64,000 bases of DNA, taken from contig JBAQYY010000042.1 of NCBI GenBank assembly GCA_049790415.1, positions 5,094-69,093 on the forward strand. Direction: 5' to 3'. The stretch comes from Candidatus Dormiibacterota bacterium. GTDB taxonomy: Bacteria; Chloroflexota; Dormibacteria; Aeolococcales; Bog-877. Positions 9,711 through 22,988 of the stretch are shown piece by piece; the stretch's first letter is position 1, and the number at the start of each line of letters is the position of its first letter. Under the pieces are notes generated by a model. That model had not been told where the DNA came from. It ran no database searches and was given only the letters and a program-made list of their open reading frames with translations. A program made the translations under genes and the position numbers.

Positions 9711-9714
<4 letters not shown>
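8833..9714 (-). CDS. pyrK: Dihydroorotate dehydrogenase electron-transfer subunit (FAD/2Fe-2S)
   Basis: Ferredoxin-reductase-like fold (RRPFSFS FAD motif, LVLGGLGAAP NAD motif) with the C-terminal 2Fe-2S cluster motif GCGFGTCLGCA...CC. It sits directly upstream of pyrD. Confidence 0.8.
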
Positions 9715-14168
<4,454 letters not shown>

Positions 14169-15476
14169 TCAGTCTCCCTGCAACTCCGGGACCAGCTCCC
14201 GGTTGAGGTGGACCATGCGACCGCCGGCAAAGGTGGCCAGCACCGTTCCCTTCAAAGGCTCGCCCCAGAAGGGAGTGTTGGTCCCCAGCGAGAGCCAGGA
14301 CTGGGGGCTCGGGGTCCAACTCTGGTTGGGGTCGAACCAGGTCAGGGAGGCGGCTTCGCCGGACCGGATCCCATCCCCAGGAGCCGCCGCACCTGCCGGT
14401 CCCAGGACGCGCCGGGGCCCGGCGGTGAGGGTCTCGACCACCCGACCCAGGTGGGAGAGCGCCCCTCCCTGGCCGAGGACAGCGGAGAGGACCAGTTGGA
14501 TCCCGCTGAAGCCGGGCAACCTCTCTGAGGGAGGGGCCGCTTCGTGGGGGGCATGGTCGCTGGCAATCGCGTCGATGGTGCCCTCGAGCAGAGCTCCCCA
14601 GAGAGCCATTCGGTCCGCTTCCGTGCGCAAGGGGGGGTTGCAGCGGGCGGGATCTGCGGATCCGACAGCGCCGGCGGCGCCGGTGAGCATCAGATGGTGC
14701 GGCGTCACCTCCGCGGTCACTGGAAGACCCTCCTTCTTGGCCTGGCGAACTAGGTCGACGCCGCCAGCGGTACTCACGTGCTGGAGGTGGAGTCGGGCGT
14801 GGGGTGTATCGCGGAGCACCGAGATTGCTGTTTCGATGGCTGAGAGCTCGGCGCCGGGGGGACGGATGTGCCACCGACTGGGGTCTTCGCTGCCGCGGTT
14901 GGCGAGCTTTAGGAGTTCCTCGTCCTCGGGATGGATGGCCACCACCAGGCCCAGCGCCGCCGCCCGGGTCAGCACCTCTGCCAGCCGCTCCGCGGCCATC
15001 CCATGGCGGCCGTCGTCGGAGAAACCGACGGCACCGCCATGGGCCAGTGCCTCGAGGTTGGCAACCTCGACTCCGGCGATGTCCTTGGAGCAGGCTGCGA
15101 ACTGGAGGACGGGGACCTTTCCCCAAGCCTTGTTGTGCCGTTGGCTCCGCCGTAGGCGCTCCACCGTGTCCACCGGAGGCGTCAGGTTGGCCATGGCGCA
15201 GACCGCGCCAAAGCCGCCCGCTGATGCGGCCGCGGTGGCCCGAGCGATGCGCTCCTTCCAGGGTTGACCAGGCTCACGGAGGTGGCAGTGGAGGTCGAGG
15301 AATGATGGCGCGACCACCGAGCCCTCGCGGCGCACCGCCGTACCACCTCGGGGAAGCTTGATCTCGGCGCCTACCTGCTTGAGGACGCCATCCTCGAGGA
15401 GCAGGTCGCTGTCCTCGAGATCGACCCCGTTGAAGGGGTCGATCAGCCGAACCCCCTGGAGAAGGATCCGGCTCAA
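14169..15476 (-). CDS. pyrC: Dihydroorotase
   Basis: Amidohydrolase signature FLDLHCHLREPG plus the DHOase pattern (ASDHAPH). It abuts the carAB start and overlaps the pyrR stop by 4 nt. Confidence 0.85.
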   Translation of the reverse strand: MSRILLQGVRLIDPFNGVDLEDSDLLLEDGVLKQVGAEIKLPRGGTAVRREGSVVAPSFLDLHCHLREPGQPWKERIARATAAASAGGFGAVCAMANLTPPVDTVERLRRSQRHNKAWGKVPVLQFAACSKDIAGVEVANLEALAHGGAVGFSDDGRHGMAAERLAEVLTRAAALGLVVAIHPEDEELLKLANRGSEDPSRWHIRPPGAELSAIETAISVLRDTPHARLHLQHVSTAGGVDLVRQAKKEGLPVTAEVTPHHLMLTGAAGAVGSADPARCNPPLRTEADRMALWGALLEGTIDAIASDHAPHEAAPPSERLPGFSGIQLVLSAVLGQGGALSHLGRVVETLTAGPRRVLGPAGAAAPGDGIRSGEAASLTWFDPNQSWTPSPQSWLSLGTNTPFWGEPLKGTVLATFAGGRMVHLNRELVPELQGD

Positions 15477-16051
15477 GTCCGCTCTTCCTCCGAGGGACGC
15501 AGGAGGACAGCGTCGCCTTCATCGCACTCGGCCAGCCGCACCAGGACTCGCTCGTCCTCGGCAGTGGGCTGGTTCCGGCCCACATAGGTAGCCCGCAAGG
15601 GGAGCTCCCGGTGGCCCCGATCCACCACCACCAAGAGCTCGACGGCTCGGGGCCGGGCGATGTCAGCCAGGGCGGCCAGGGCGGCACGTCCGGTCCGGCC
15701 GTGGAAGAGGACATCGTCGACCAGCACCACTACCCGGTCACTGACCGCATCGACAGTTGCCGGAGGCAGGGGGTACTGGGTCGTATCCGCCGTCTTGACC
15801 CGCGGTTGATCGTCGCGGTAGGCGCCGACGTCGAGGGTGACGCCGCGCCACTTACCGCCACCCTGCTCTCCAATCAGATTGATGAGACGAGCGGCTAAGA
15901 AAGCGCCCCTGGTGACGATGCCACAGAGCACCGCTTCGCCATCGGGGTGGTGCTCGCGGAGCTCGCAAGCCAAGCGCCAGAGGGTTCGCTGCAAGTCCTC
16001 GGGGCCGAGCAGGACCGGCATCCCCGGCGTCGTCATTTGGCTGGTACTCAT
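15473..16051 (-). CDS. pyrR: Bifunctional pyr operon regulator / uracil phosphoribosyltransferase PyrR
   Basis: 192 aa with the PRPP-binding motif VVVLVDDVLFHGRTGRAAL and the PyrR N-terminal pattern (LL.PEDLQRTLWRLA.EL.E). Confidence 0.85.
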   Translation of the reverse strand: MSTSQMTTPGMPVLLGPEDLQRTLWRLACELREHHPDGEAVLCGIVTRGAFLAARLINLIGEQGGGKWRGVTLDVGAYRDDQPRVKTADTTQYPLPPATVDAVSDRVVVLVDDVLFHGRTGRAALAALADIARPRAVELLVVVDRGHRELPLRATYVGRNQPTAEDERVLVRLAECDEGDAVLLRPSEEERT

Positions 16052-17055
16052 GCGGCCAGCAGCGTCTTCATCAGGGCCATGCGCACGGAAACGCCGTTGC
16101 GTGCCTGGCGGAAATAGGCAGCCCGCGAGTCCTGGTCGATGGCCGGGTCGATCTCGCCAACCCGGGGCAGGGGATGCATCACGATCGCACCCTGCGGCAG
16201 ACGGTCCATCACCGCCTCGGTGATTCGGAAGTGACGGCGGTTGTCCTCGGACTCCTCCCAGGGCTCACTGAAGCGCTCCACCTGGATCCTGGTCTGGTAG
16301 ACGACGTCGGCGTCGGCGACGGCCTCCAGAAGGTTCTCTGTCTCTCGCACTACGACTCCGTGCTTGAGAAGGTGCTCGACCACCCCTGCGCTCATGCGGA
16401 TGCTGTCGGGGGCGACCAGGGTGACCCGGAGGCCGCTGTAGAGCGCCAGCAGATAGGCCAGCGAGTGCACCGTGCGGCCGTGACTCAGGTCGCCCACCAT
16501 GACCACGTGGAGGTCATCGAGCCTTCCCAGCTCAACCTGAATGGTGAAGAGATCGAGCAGCGCCTGAGTCGGATGCTGACCGGGACCGTCGCCGGCGTTG
16601 ATGATGGGAACCGGGGAGATCTCGGCGGCTCGGGCGGCGGCACCTTCTTCGGAATGGCGGAGAACGATGCAATCCGAGTAACCGGCCACGATCCGCACCG
16701 TGTCCTCCAGCGTCTCTCCCTTGATCGCCGACGAGAAGTCGCGGGCATTCTCGGTGGAAATGACCTGGCCGCCCAGGCGGAGCATGGCCGCCTCAAAGCT
16801 CAGCCGTGTTCTGGTGCTGGGCTCGTAAAAGAGGGTGGCCAGGATGCGGCCCGGCAAGAGCTGGGCACCGCCGCTCTCTCTGAGCTGCTCCATTTCGGTG
16901 CTCAGCTGGAAGAGCTGGCTGAGGCGTTCGCGGTCGAACTGCTGGGCCGCGACGACATGACGAAGTGGAGTCAGCTTGGCGCTCGAGGGCTCGCTTACCG
17001 CCATGAAGTCCTCCTCCAGGAGTCCTTGTGGCCGGCAGGCGGCCGCAGCGGTCAA
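16048..17055 (-). CDS. pyrB: Aspartate carbamoyltransferase catalytic subunit
   Basis: Motifs FYEPSTRTRLSFEAA, HPTQALLD and HPLPR. The sequence is closer to the enterobacterial/archaeal PyrB type, but no pyrI is present. The start is either TTG 17055 (9 nt after AAGGAG) or ATG 17004 (after GGAGGAGGA). Confidence 0.85.
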   Translation of the reverse strand: MTAAAACRPQGLLEEDFMAVSEPSSAKLTPLRHVVAAQQFDRERLSQLFQLSTEMEQLRESGGAQLLPGRILATLFYEPSTRTRLSFEAAMLRLGGQVISTENARDFSSAIKGETLEDTVRIVAGYSDCIVLRHSEEGAAARAAEISPVPIINAGDGPGQHPTQALLDLFTIQVELGRLDDLHVVMVGDLSHGRTVHSLAYLLALYSGLRVTLVAPDSIRMSAGVVEHLLKHGVVVRETENLLEAVADADVVYQTRIQVERFSEPWEESEDNRRHFRITEAVMDRLPQGAIVMHPLPRVGEIDPAIDQDSRAAYFRQARNGVSVRMALMKTLLAA

Positions 17056-17064
17056 ACCGCTGAG

Positions 17065-17093
17065 CTCCTTACCGGCCTCGCTGGACCGGTTTC
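17065..17093 (-). promoter_or_regulatory. PyrR-binding RNA hairpin in the pyrB leader, adjacent to the Shine-Dalgarno sequence
   Basis: The minus-strand RNA reads gaaACCGGUC-CAGCGA-GGCCGGUaaggag. This is a 7-bp stem with hexaloop CAGCGA (consensus CNGNGA), and UCCAGCGAGGC closely matches the PyrR binding-loop core UCCAGAGAGGC. AAGGAG follows immediately. Confidence 0.6.
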
Positions 17094-17460
17094 AAGGTCG
17101 CGTCGCAACCATCATATCGCGGCTTGGCGGGGCAGGGCGCTTCTTCACGACGGAATCGATCCGACACCTCATCCAGGGTGGACAGGTCGCCAGGAACTTT
17201 CACCGTGGAAGCCCACGGCATGTCGAAACGGCGGCCACTCCCGCGAGGCATTTGCGGCTTCGCGTAAAACGTTGCCGATGTAGCAGAGCCTCGTAGATTC
17301 GAAGCGCCCCGGATGCAATCCGCGGGCGTCCTTTGTGAGGGGCCGCAAGTACTTGCCGCAGCCGACTGGCGCGTACCAAAGGCTGCCTGCTTGCCACCAG
17401 GGCGCGGACGCGATCAGAAGACCAGTTGCGCGATTCCAAGGTCAGTGGGATGCTGACGCC

Positions 17461-18474
17461 ATGGAAGTCCGGGATGTCCGAGTTCACGGCGAGCGGGTAA
17501 TCCAGGAGGTAGAGCGAGCAGTTGTCGGCAAGCGTGCCGTTCTGGAGTTGATCCTCAGCGGCATCCTGGCTGATGGGCACGTCCTCTTGGAGGACTATCC
17601 CGGTTTGGCGAAGACCCTCATCGCCCGCTCATTCGCGCAGTCGATGAAGCTCGTCTTTGCCCGGGTTCAGTTCACTCCCGACCTGATGCCCTCCGACATC
17701 ACCGGCTCTTCTATATACAACCAACGGACCAGTGAATTCCAGATGCGGCGGGGACCAATCTTTACCAATCTCCTTTTGGGCGATGAGATCAATCGCTCCC
17801 CTCCGAAAACGCAAGCCGCCTTGCTCGAGGGGATGCAGGAGCGGCAGGTCACAATCGAAGGCCACACCATGGCCTTGCCTCGGCCATTCTTGGTCATGGC
17901 TACGCAGAACCCGATCGAGTACGAAGGCACCTACCCCCTTCCAGAAGCCCAGCTGGATCGTTTTCTGCTGCGTGCCAGCGTCGGGTATCCCGATCCAGCC
18001 GACGAGGAGCGCATGGTGCGCGAGCGCCACCTCCGTCAGCACGACGAGGTGCGGCTCACCCCCGTTCTCGACGGGCCCACCCTGCTCGACTGCCAAGCGG
18101 CCGTAGAGGGAGTACTGGTCACCGACGACCTCTTCCACTACATCGTTCAGCTCGTGGGCGCGACACGGCAGAGCTCACGCGTCTTGGTCGGGGCCAGCCC
18201 GCGGGGGAGCTTGGCGCTGCTGCGTCTTTCCCGTGCTCGCGCCGCTCTGATGGGCCGTGACTTCGTCGTTCCGGACGACGTTCAGGCGGTGGCCGTACCA
18301 GCACTGGCTCACCGACTCACTCTTCGCCCCGAGCTGTGGGCGCAGCGCATCCGAGCTGACGACGTCGTCCTGGAGTGCCTCAAGACCGTTCCTGTGCCAC
18401 CCACCCTGCCCCCAGAGATGATGAGGTCGCTGGCAACAGCAGCCGAGGGCGGAGAGTCCCCGAGGCAGGAATGA
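17461..18474 (+). CDS. MoxR-family AAA+ ATPase
   Basis: GHVLLEDYPGLAKT (Walker A variant), FTNLLLGDEINR (Walker B) and VMATQNPIEYEGTYPLPEAQLDRF (sensor/Arg finger) are the MoxR signature. The start is trimmed to ATG 17461. Confidence 0.85.
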   Translation: MEVRDVRVHGERVIQEVERAVVGKRAVLELILSGILADGHVLLEDYPGLAKTLIARSFAQSMKLVFARVQFTPDLMPSDITGSSIYNQRTSEFQMRRGPIFTNLLLGDEINRSPPKTQAALLEGMQERQVTIEGHTMALPRPFLVMATQNPIEYEGTYPLPEAQLDRFLLRASVGYPDPADEERMVRERHLRQHDEVRLTPVLDGPTLLDCQAAVEGVLVTDDLFHYIVQLVGATRQSSRVLVGASPRGSLALLRLSRARAALMGRDFVVPDDVQAVAVPALAHRLTLRPELWAQRIRADDVVLECLKTVPVPPTLPPEMMRSLATAAEGGESPRQE

Positions 18475-19835
18475 GCCCGACCGCCTCGTCAGGACGAGGC
18501 CAATCTTCCAGCAGTGACCCTTCGCAGATGTCTCGGCAAGTACCAGATGGCCTCATGGCCTTGGTCAGCGAGCCCACCGCTCAATTGGGCGGCTTGCTAT
18601 TCCTGGCCGCCTCGGGTTGCCTAACCGCCTTGGCTCTTGGGCTCCCTGCCTTGGCAGCGGTGGTGGCGCCGATGGGGCTGTGGCTGCTCTGGGGACTGAT
18701 GGCAGCGGGCCACCCGAGCTGCCAAGTAAGCCTGGTTCTGGACCGCGATCGTGCGGTGGAAGGAGAAGTCGTGGAGCTCACGGTGGTTGTCGAAGGCGCG
18801 AGCTCGTTCCAGCGCGTGCTCTGCAGCGTATCCCTACCACCGGGCCTCACTGCCGATCCACCTCCTTCTCGTCTGGCGATGGCGCCGAACCGGAGTGGGA
18901 CAGCTTCCTCCACCCTCTCAATCCGCTGCGGCCGATGGGGGGTCCACCGGATCGATCCCTGCTTGGTGGTCGCTCGCAATGCATTCGCCATCTCTCAAGC
19001 GCGGGGAAGGAGCCTCAACTCGGTCGAAGTAAATGTCTATCCAGCCACGCCACGCCTTAGTGGCGGCGTAAGGCCTTGGGCAACCCAAGTCTATGTGGGC
19101 GAAGAAAGGGCTCGAGAGCGAGGCCAGGGGTTTGAATTCGCCGACATACGCCAGTACCAGCCCGGGGACCAGACGCGGCGCATCAATTGGACTGTGACAG
19201 CGCGGAGGTCTGAGCCGTACGTCAACTTGCAGCACCCAGAGCGCAATGTGGACATCGTCCTCCTTGTCGACGCCTTCACCGACCTGCAGCTGGGAAGCAA
19301 CAGCACGCTGGCATGGGCTGGGAGGGCTGCAGCGGCACTGGCTGAGCTTCATCTCGCCCGCCGAGATCGGATCGGTCTGCTCTCATATGGTGGAGTACTG
19401 CGGTCGCTGCCACCGGGCTCAGGAAGCACTCATCTCTATCGGTTCCTGGACTCTCTGATCGAGACCGAGGTGGTATCGAGCTTCGAGCGTCCTACTCTGA
19501 ATCGGCTACCACCGCGGTCATTGCCGCCCCAAGCCCTGGTAATCGCCTTCACGCCTCTAGTGGATCCGCGGATGATCAAGGTGCTTCTGGAGCTGCATGG
19601 CCGGGGATGCGATCTGGCCGTAATCGAGATCGACCCGGAGCGATTTACCTCTTGGGGTACGGGCACCGGCGAAGATGCCAGCCGACGGATTTGGCGGCTG
19701 GTCCGTTCAGCCGCGCGCCGCGACATTTGGCGCTCTGGCGTGCCACTGGTTCGCTGGGACACCTCCGACCCGCTCGATGCCGCGCTTGTTCAAATCAATC
19801 AAATGAGGCATGGACAATGGCGCGTCCGGGCTTGA
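18471..19835 (+). CDS. DUF58 domain protein (MoxR partner, degenerate vWA-like)
   Basis: ATG 18471 forms an ATGA overlap with the moxR stop. Two N-terminal TM helices are followed by the DUF58 core GQGFEFADIRQYQPGDQTRRINWTVTARR...VDIVLLVD. Confidence 0.75.
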   Translation: MSPTASSGRGQSSSSDPSQMSRQVPDGLMALVSEPTAQLGGLLFLAASGCLTALALGLPALAAVVAPMGLWLLWGLMAAGHPSCQVSLVLDRDRAVEGEVVELTVVVEGASSFQRVLCSVSLPPGLTADPPPSRLAMAPNRSGTASSTLSIRCGRWGVHRIDPCLVVARNAFAISQARGRSLNSVEVNVYPATPRLSGGVRPWATQVYVGEERARERGQGFEFADIRQYQPGDQTRRINWTVTARRSEPYVNLQHPERNVDIVLLVDAFTDLQLGSNSTLAWAGRAAAALAELHLARRDRIGLLSYGGVLRSLPPGSGSTHLYRFLDSLIETEVVSSFERPTLNRLPPRSLPPQALVIAFTPLVDPRMIKVLLELHGRGCDLAVIEIDPERFTSWGTGTGEDASRRIWRLVRSAARRDIWRSGVPLVRWDTSDPLDAALVQINQMRHGQWRVRA

Positions 19836-20935
19836 TCCCGCAACTGACCGTCGGCGTACTGGCCGTGGCCGTCACCGGTCTCATCGCTGTGCAGATCCTC
19901 AACCTCGGTCCGCTCCTTCCCCAGCTTGCTCTGGTCGGAGGACTGGGCGCCATCGTCGCCGTATTGTTGGCCGTCGGACTGAGGAGACCGCGACTGGTTA
20001 CCGCGGCCGGGGCAGGACTCCTGATGGCGTATGCGCTCACTCTCGTGGACAGGTCGGACTCTTCAGTCGCGGCCACCTCGGCCCCCGTCATTGCCGGAGG
20101 CATCGTCCTCAGCATTCAGCTGGCCTGGTGGGCTACAGAGCTGCGTACAACAGCTCGAGAATCCGCGCTGGACCTAGCCCGTCGGGGAGCACAGCTCGGG
20201 GCCAGCGCAGTCGTCGCGGGACTCATCGCTGAAGTGATCTGGCAGGCCAGCCGGATTCACTTAGGTCAAGGGCTGTCATTTTTGGTCTTCGGTCTGCTGG
20301 CCGCGATAGGACTTGCCGCTCTGTTTCTGGCTGTCTCCTCTCTACGGCGAACACCGAGGCGGGAGCCCCTCATTGCCCGATCAACTATGCAGCCGCGTGC
20401 GATATACCTCCCATCCCACTCCCTATCCCCCCACAAGGGACTGAGCACGCTCATTGTTCCAGCCGATGCTCCGACATCGAGACGCAGGCGCAACGGAGTC
20501 GGGTTACGGTCGATGATTGCGGGGGTTCTGCTCCTGGCGGATGCCGCAGTCATCGCGATAGCCCTTTATTTTTCGGGTATCTCGAAAGGGCCGAATGCCG
20601 CGCCTGCCATCACGCTTGGCCTCACAGTAGCCGGCGCAATAGTCATGGGCTGGCTCGGATTGAGTGTGGAAGCACTCGTACGACCTGTTACCACGTTCGA
20701 GGAACTCTCACCCGCGAATACCCCGCCGCCACCCACTGGCCTGGGGAGCCTCGGGGTGATCAGGTCGATGACTCGGCGCGCTTGGAAAACGGGACGGTGC
20801 GACGCCGAATTCGGCACTTACCTTGCTTCGCTTGATAGCCGCCTGGCTGAGGCACGCAGTCCGGATAAAGCCCCAAAATCATTAGCGGAGGTCGGGGCTC
20901 TGCTCGCAGACTTGGAGCGCGGGACTGATGCCTAA
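19817..20935 (+). CDS. Polytopic membrane protein, function unknown
   Basis: From ATG 19817 (MARPGLIPQLTVGVLAVAVTG...) I count about 8 hydrophobic helices by eye, then a soluble C-terminal tail. The gene overlaps its neighbours on both sides (19 nt and 8 nt), which implies translational coupling within the MoxR operon. Confidence 0.5.
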   Translation: MARPGLIPQLTVGVLAVAVTGLIAVQILNLGPLLPQLALVGGLGAIVAVLLAVGLRRPRLVTAAGAGLLMAYALTLVDRSDSSVAATSAPVIAGGIVLSIQLAWWATELRTTARESALDLARRGAQLGASAVVAGLIAEVIWQASRIHLGQGLSFLVFGLLAAIGLAALFLAVSSLRRTPRREPLIARSTMQPRAIYLPSHSLSPHKGLSTLIVPADAPTSRRRRNGVGLRSMIAGVLLLADAAVIAIALYFSGISKGPNAAPAITLGLTVAGAIVMGWLGLSVEALVRPVTTFEELSPANTPPPPTGLGSLGVIRSMTRRAWKTGRCDAEFGTYLASLDSRLAEARSPDKAPKSLAEVGALLADLERGTDA

Positions 20936-21614
20936 TACACGCCGGTGGACAGTGCGATCGATATTCTCGTTCATCGTGCTGAGCCTGGTTGCGGCTTTTC
21001 TAATTGCCCTTGTCGTGACGATGAGCACCTCGCGGATCGGGGCAATCAGGTTGCCTGAAAGCGGCCTCGGCCGCGCGGCCGTCGCCGGCGGGTACACCGC
21101 GGGTTTGGACCCGAGAACCACGGACTGCCATAGCGTAGGGGTACGATGCCGGCGTGAGGCTGGCGCCGCCGCCCGGCGGCCAGGTACTCCGGTACCATCG
21201 TGGGAGCTCGCGCTTGCCGGCTTGCTAGCTGGTGGCGCGGCCGGCTTCCTCTGGAGGACACGCCGCACACAGCTGAGTGACCCCAGCCAAGTCAGTTCCA
21301 GTCTTGAATCATCGCCCAGGACTCGGCGAACGCCGGGCAACCCGAGGGAGAGGGTGCTGGCGGCCTTCGCCGATGTCGAGGAACGACTTACGCGCGGGGG
21401 GATCACCCGAGAGAAGTGGGAGGCGCCGGAAAGCTACTTGGCGCGGGCGGTACCAGATAACACGCGCGGCGGATCCCCAGTCGGCAAATTGGCCCGACTT
21501 TATGCCTTGGCGCGTTATTCTCGTCATCAGATCGACAGCTCCGCGGCCGCACAGGCCGAGGGGGCAGCAGCGGAGTTGGGCGACCGCTTCGATCCCCCCT
21601 CGGTGGCTCCTTAG
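20928..21614 (+). CDS. DUF4129-like membrane-anchored protein, paralog A
   Basis: N-terminal TM (IFSFIVLSLVAAFLIALVV), a second TM (WELALAGLLAGGAAGFLW), then the DUF4129-type C-terminal region RERVLAAFADVEERL...WEAPESYLARA...LARLYALARYSRHQID. Confidence 0.6.
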   Translation: MPNTRRWTVRSIFSFIVLSLVAAFLIALVVTMSTSRIGAIRLPESGLGRAAVAGGYTAGLDPRTTDCHSVGVRCRREAGAAARRPGTPVPSWELALAGLLAGGAAGFLWRTRRTQLSDPSQVSSSLESSPRTRRTPGNPRERVLAAFADVEERLTRGGITREKWEAPESYLARAVPDNTRGGSPVGKLARLYALARYSRHQIDSSAAAQAEGAAAELGDRFDPPSVAP

Positions 21615-21692
21615 GGTGCGCCCATTTAATGAGGCCGAGGAATCCCAGCATCGACTTCGTGCCTCTGCAGGGGGCCGTTGAGCGTATCCAGG

Positions 21693-22364
21693 ATGAGTAG
21701 TCCTCGCACGCATCTCGGGCGGTCGACGTCATGGCTCATCCTGCTAAGTCTGGTCGCGACTTCTCTAATCGCCCTTGTTGCGATCATGAGTACTTCCCGA
21801 GTCGGGACGATCAAGTTGCCCGAGCATAGACATACCGTCGTCCACATCCGAAAGGGGTTCCCAGGCGACGGCCACCTACCTTGTGACGCGGCCGGTGCCC
21901 AATGCCGTCGCGCTGTCAGTCCCTCCCGGGGCAGGAGCGCTCCGGTGCCGTCGTGGGAACTTGCGCTCGCTGGCTTGCTTACTGCAGGCGCAGTCGGCGT
22001 CCTCTGGAAGACGCGCCGCACGCAGCGGAGTGACGCCCGCCAAGCTGGTTCCAGTCTTGAGTCATCGCCCCAGGCTCGCAGAATGCCGACTAACCCCAGG
22101 GAGATCGTGCTGGCGGCCTTCGCAGATGTCGAGGAAAGCCTCACGAGCCGCGGGATTGCTAGGGAGACGTGGGAGGCGCCGGAAGGCTACCTGAGTAGAG
22201 CCATACCGGACAGCCGACACTCCAGTCGCGCTGGTCCTACGCTTGCGCGCCTGTACGCGCTGGCGCGCTACTCACATCACTCCATCGACACGGCGGCGGC
22301 GACCCAAGCTCTCGCTGCATCGATTGAGTTGTCCTCTAGAGTGGGCACGGACTCTGGACCGTGA
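21693..22364 (+). CDS. DUF4129-like membrane-anchored protein, paralog B
   Basis: Collinear with paralog A when started at ATG 21693 (MSSPRTHLGRSTSWLILLSLVATSLIALV...; WELALAGLLTAGAVGVLW; REIVLAAFADVEESL...WEAPEGYLSRA...LARLYALARYSHHSID). Confidence 0.6.
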   Translation: MSSPRTHLGRSTSWLILLSLVATSLIALVAIMSTSRVGTIKLPEHRHTVVHIRKGFPGDGHLPCDAAGAQCRRAVSPSRGRSAPVPSWELALAGLLTAGAVGVLWKTRRTQRSDARQAGSSLESSPQARRMPTNPREIVLAAFADVEESLTSRGIARETWEAPEGYLSRAIPDSRHSSRAGPTLARLYALARYSHHSIDTAAATQALAASIELSSRVGTDSGP

Positions 22365-22502
22365 TCTCGACCGCAAGGGCATCCGAGATGTGAGATTGCC
22401 AAAATCGGGAAGGGGGCGGAAAGCGCGCTCCACGCTTCGTCAGAGTATGCCCAACTGCCAGCCTTTCCAGAAACTCGCAAAGGGCCCACGACGATTCTCA
22501 TC

Positions 22503-22946
22503 ATGCGTGGAGTAATGCCTAGGGACAAAGTCACGACTCACGCCTGCTGGGGCCTGGCAGTGCTTACGAGCTTGATGATCGTGCTGAGCGGATGTTCACC
22601 TTCCGATCCGATACCCAGAGGGTATGGCCAAGTCGTCGGCGGAATCGATGCATGCGCTGCTCATGTTGAACTGCATCGCCCGGGATTTGTAGCGGGTACC
22701 GTACGGGTGTTCCGCGGCACCGTGTCTGAGACCCGTACACAATCTAAAGGTAATACCACCGTGCTCCCGACGGACCAAGTCGCATCGACCTATGTCGACA
22801 AGCTACGGCAGTATCGGATTACCCTGAAACCCGGGAAATATGTGCTTGTGGCGCACTACGCTAAGTCGCAAATTGTTTCGTGGGTTTCAGTTGTCATACG
22901 GCGTGGCATGGTTACGAACCAGAATATCCCCAGCCCGTGTATTTAG
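22503..22946 (+). CDS. Lipoprotein, function unknown
   Basis: Signal peptide ending in the lipobox LSGC (AVLTSLMIVLSGCSP). The mature part is beta-rich (KPGKYVLVAHY). This is the least GC-rich coding stretch of the window. Confidence 0.55.
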   Translation: MRGVMPRDKVTTHACWGLAVLTSLMIVLSGCSPSDPIPRGYGQVVGGIDACAAHVELHRPGFVAGTVRVFRGTVSETRTQSKGNTTVLPTDQVASTYVDKLRQYRITLKPGKYVLVAHYAKSQIVSWVSVVIRRGMVTNQNIPSPCI

Positions 22947-22988
22947 GTGGTCTCCCTGAAGTTGGGAGTCCCGTTGTCTATCCGACTC

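Larger units (their letters stand above)
20928..22364 (+). repeat. Tandem gene duplication (two units of about 0.7 kb, offset about 750-765 nt)
   Basis: The two adjacent ORFs are alignable end to end, with long identical peptide blocks (MSTSR, PVPSWELALAGLL, SSLESSP, LAAFADVEE, LARLYALARYS). Their antisense ORFs (20882..21406 and 21626..22144) are likewise duplicated. Confidence 0.7.

Noticed and set aside
17200-17580. 126-aa minus-strand ORF spanning the pyrB-moxR intergenic region and the moxR 5' end
   Set aside because: It overlaps the well-supported moxR start. It has no RBS or motif, and its composition is consistent with an antisense artefact.
20882-22144. Pair of similar minus-strand ORFs (174 and 172 aa) antisense to the DUF4129-like genes
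   Set aside because: Their similarity to each other is a by-product of the tandem duplication on the plus strand. The plus-strand frames carry TM helices and the conserved DUF4129-like blocks.
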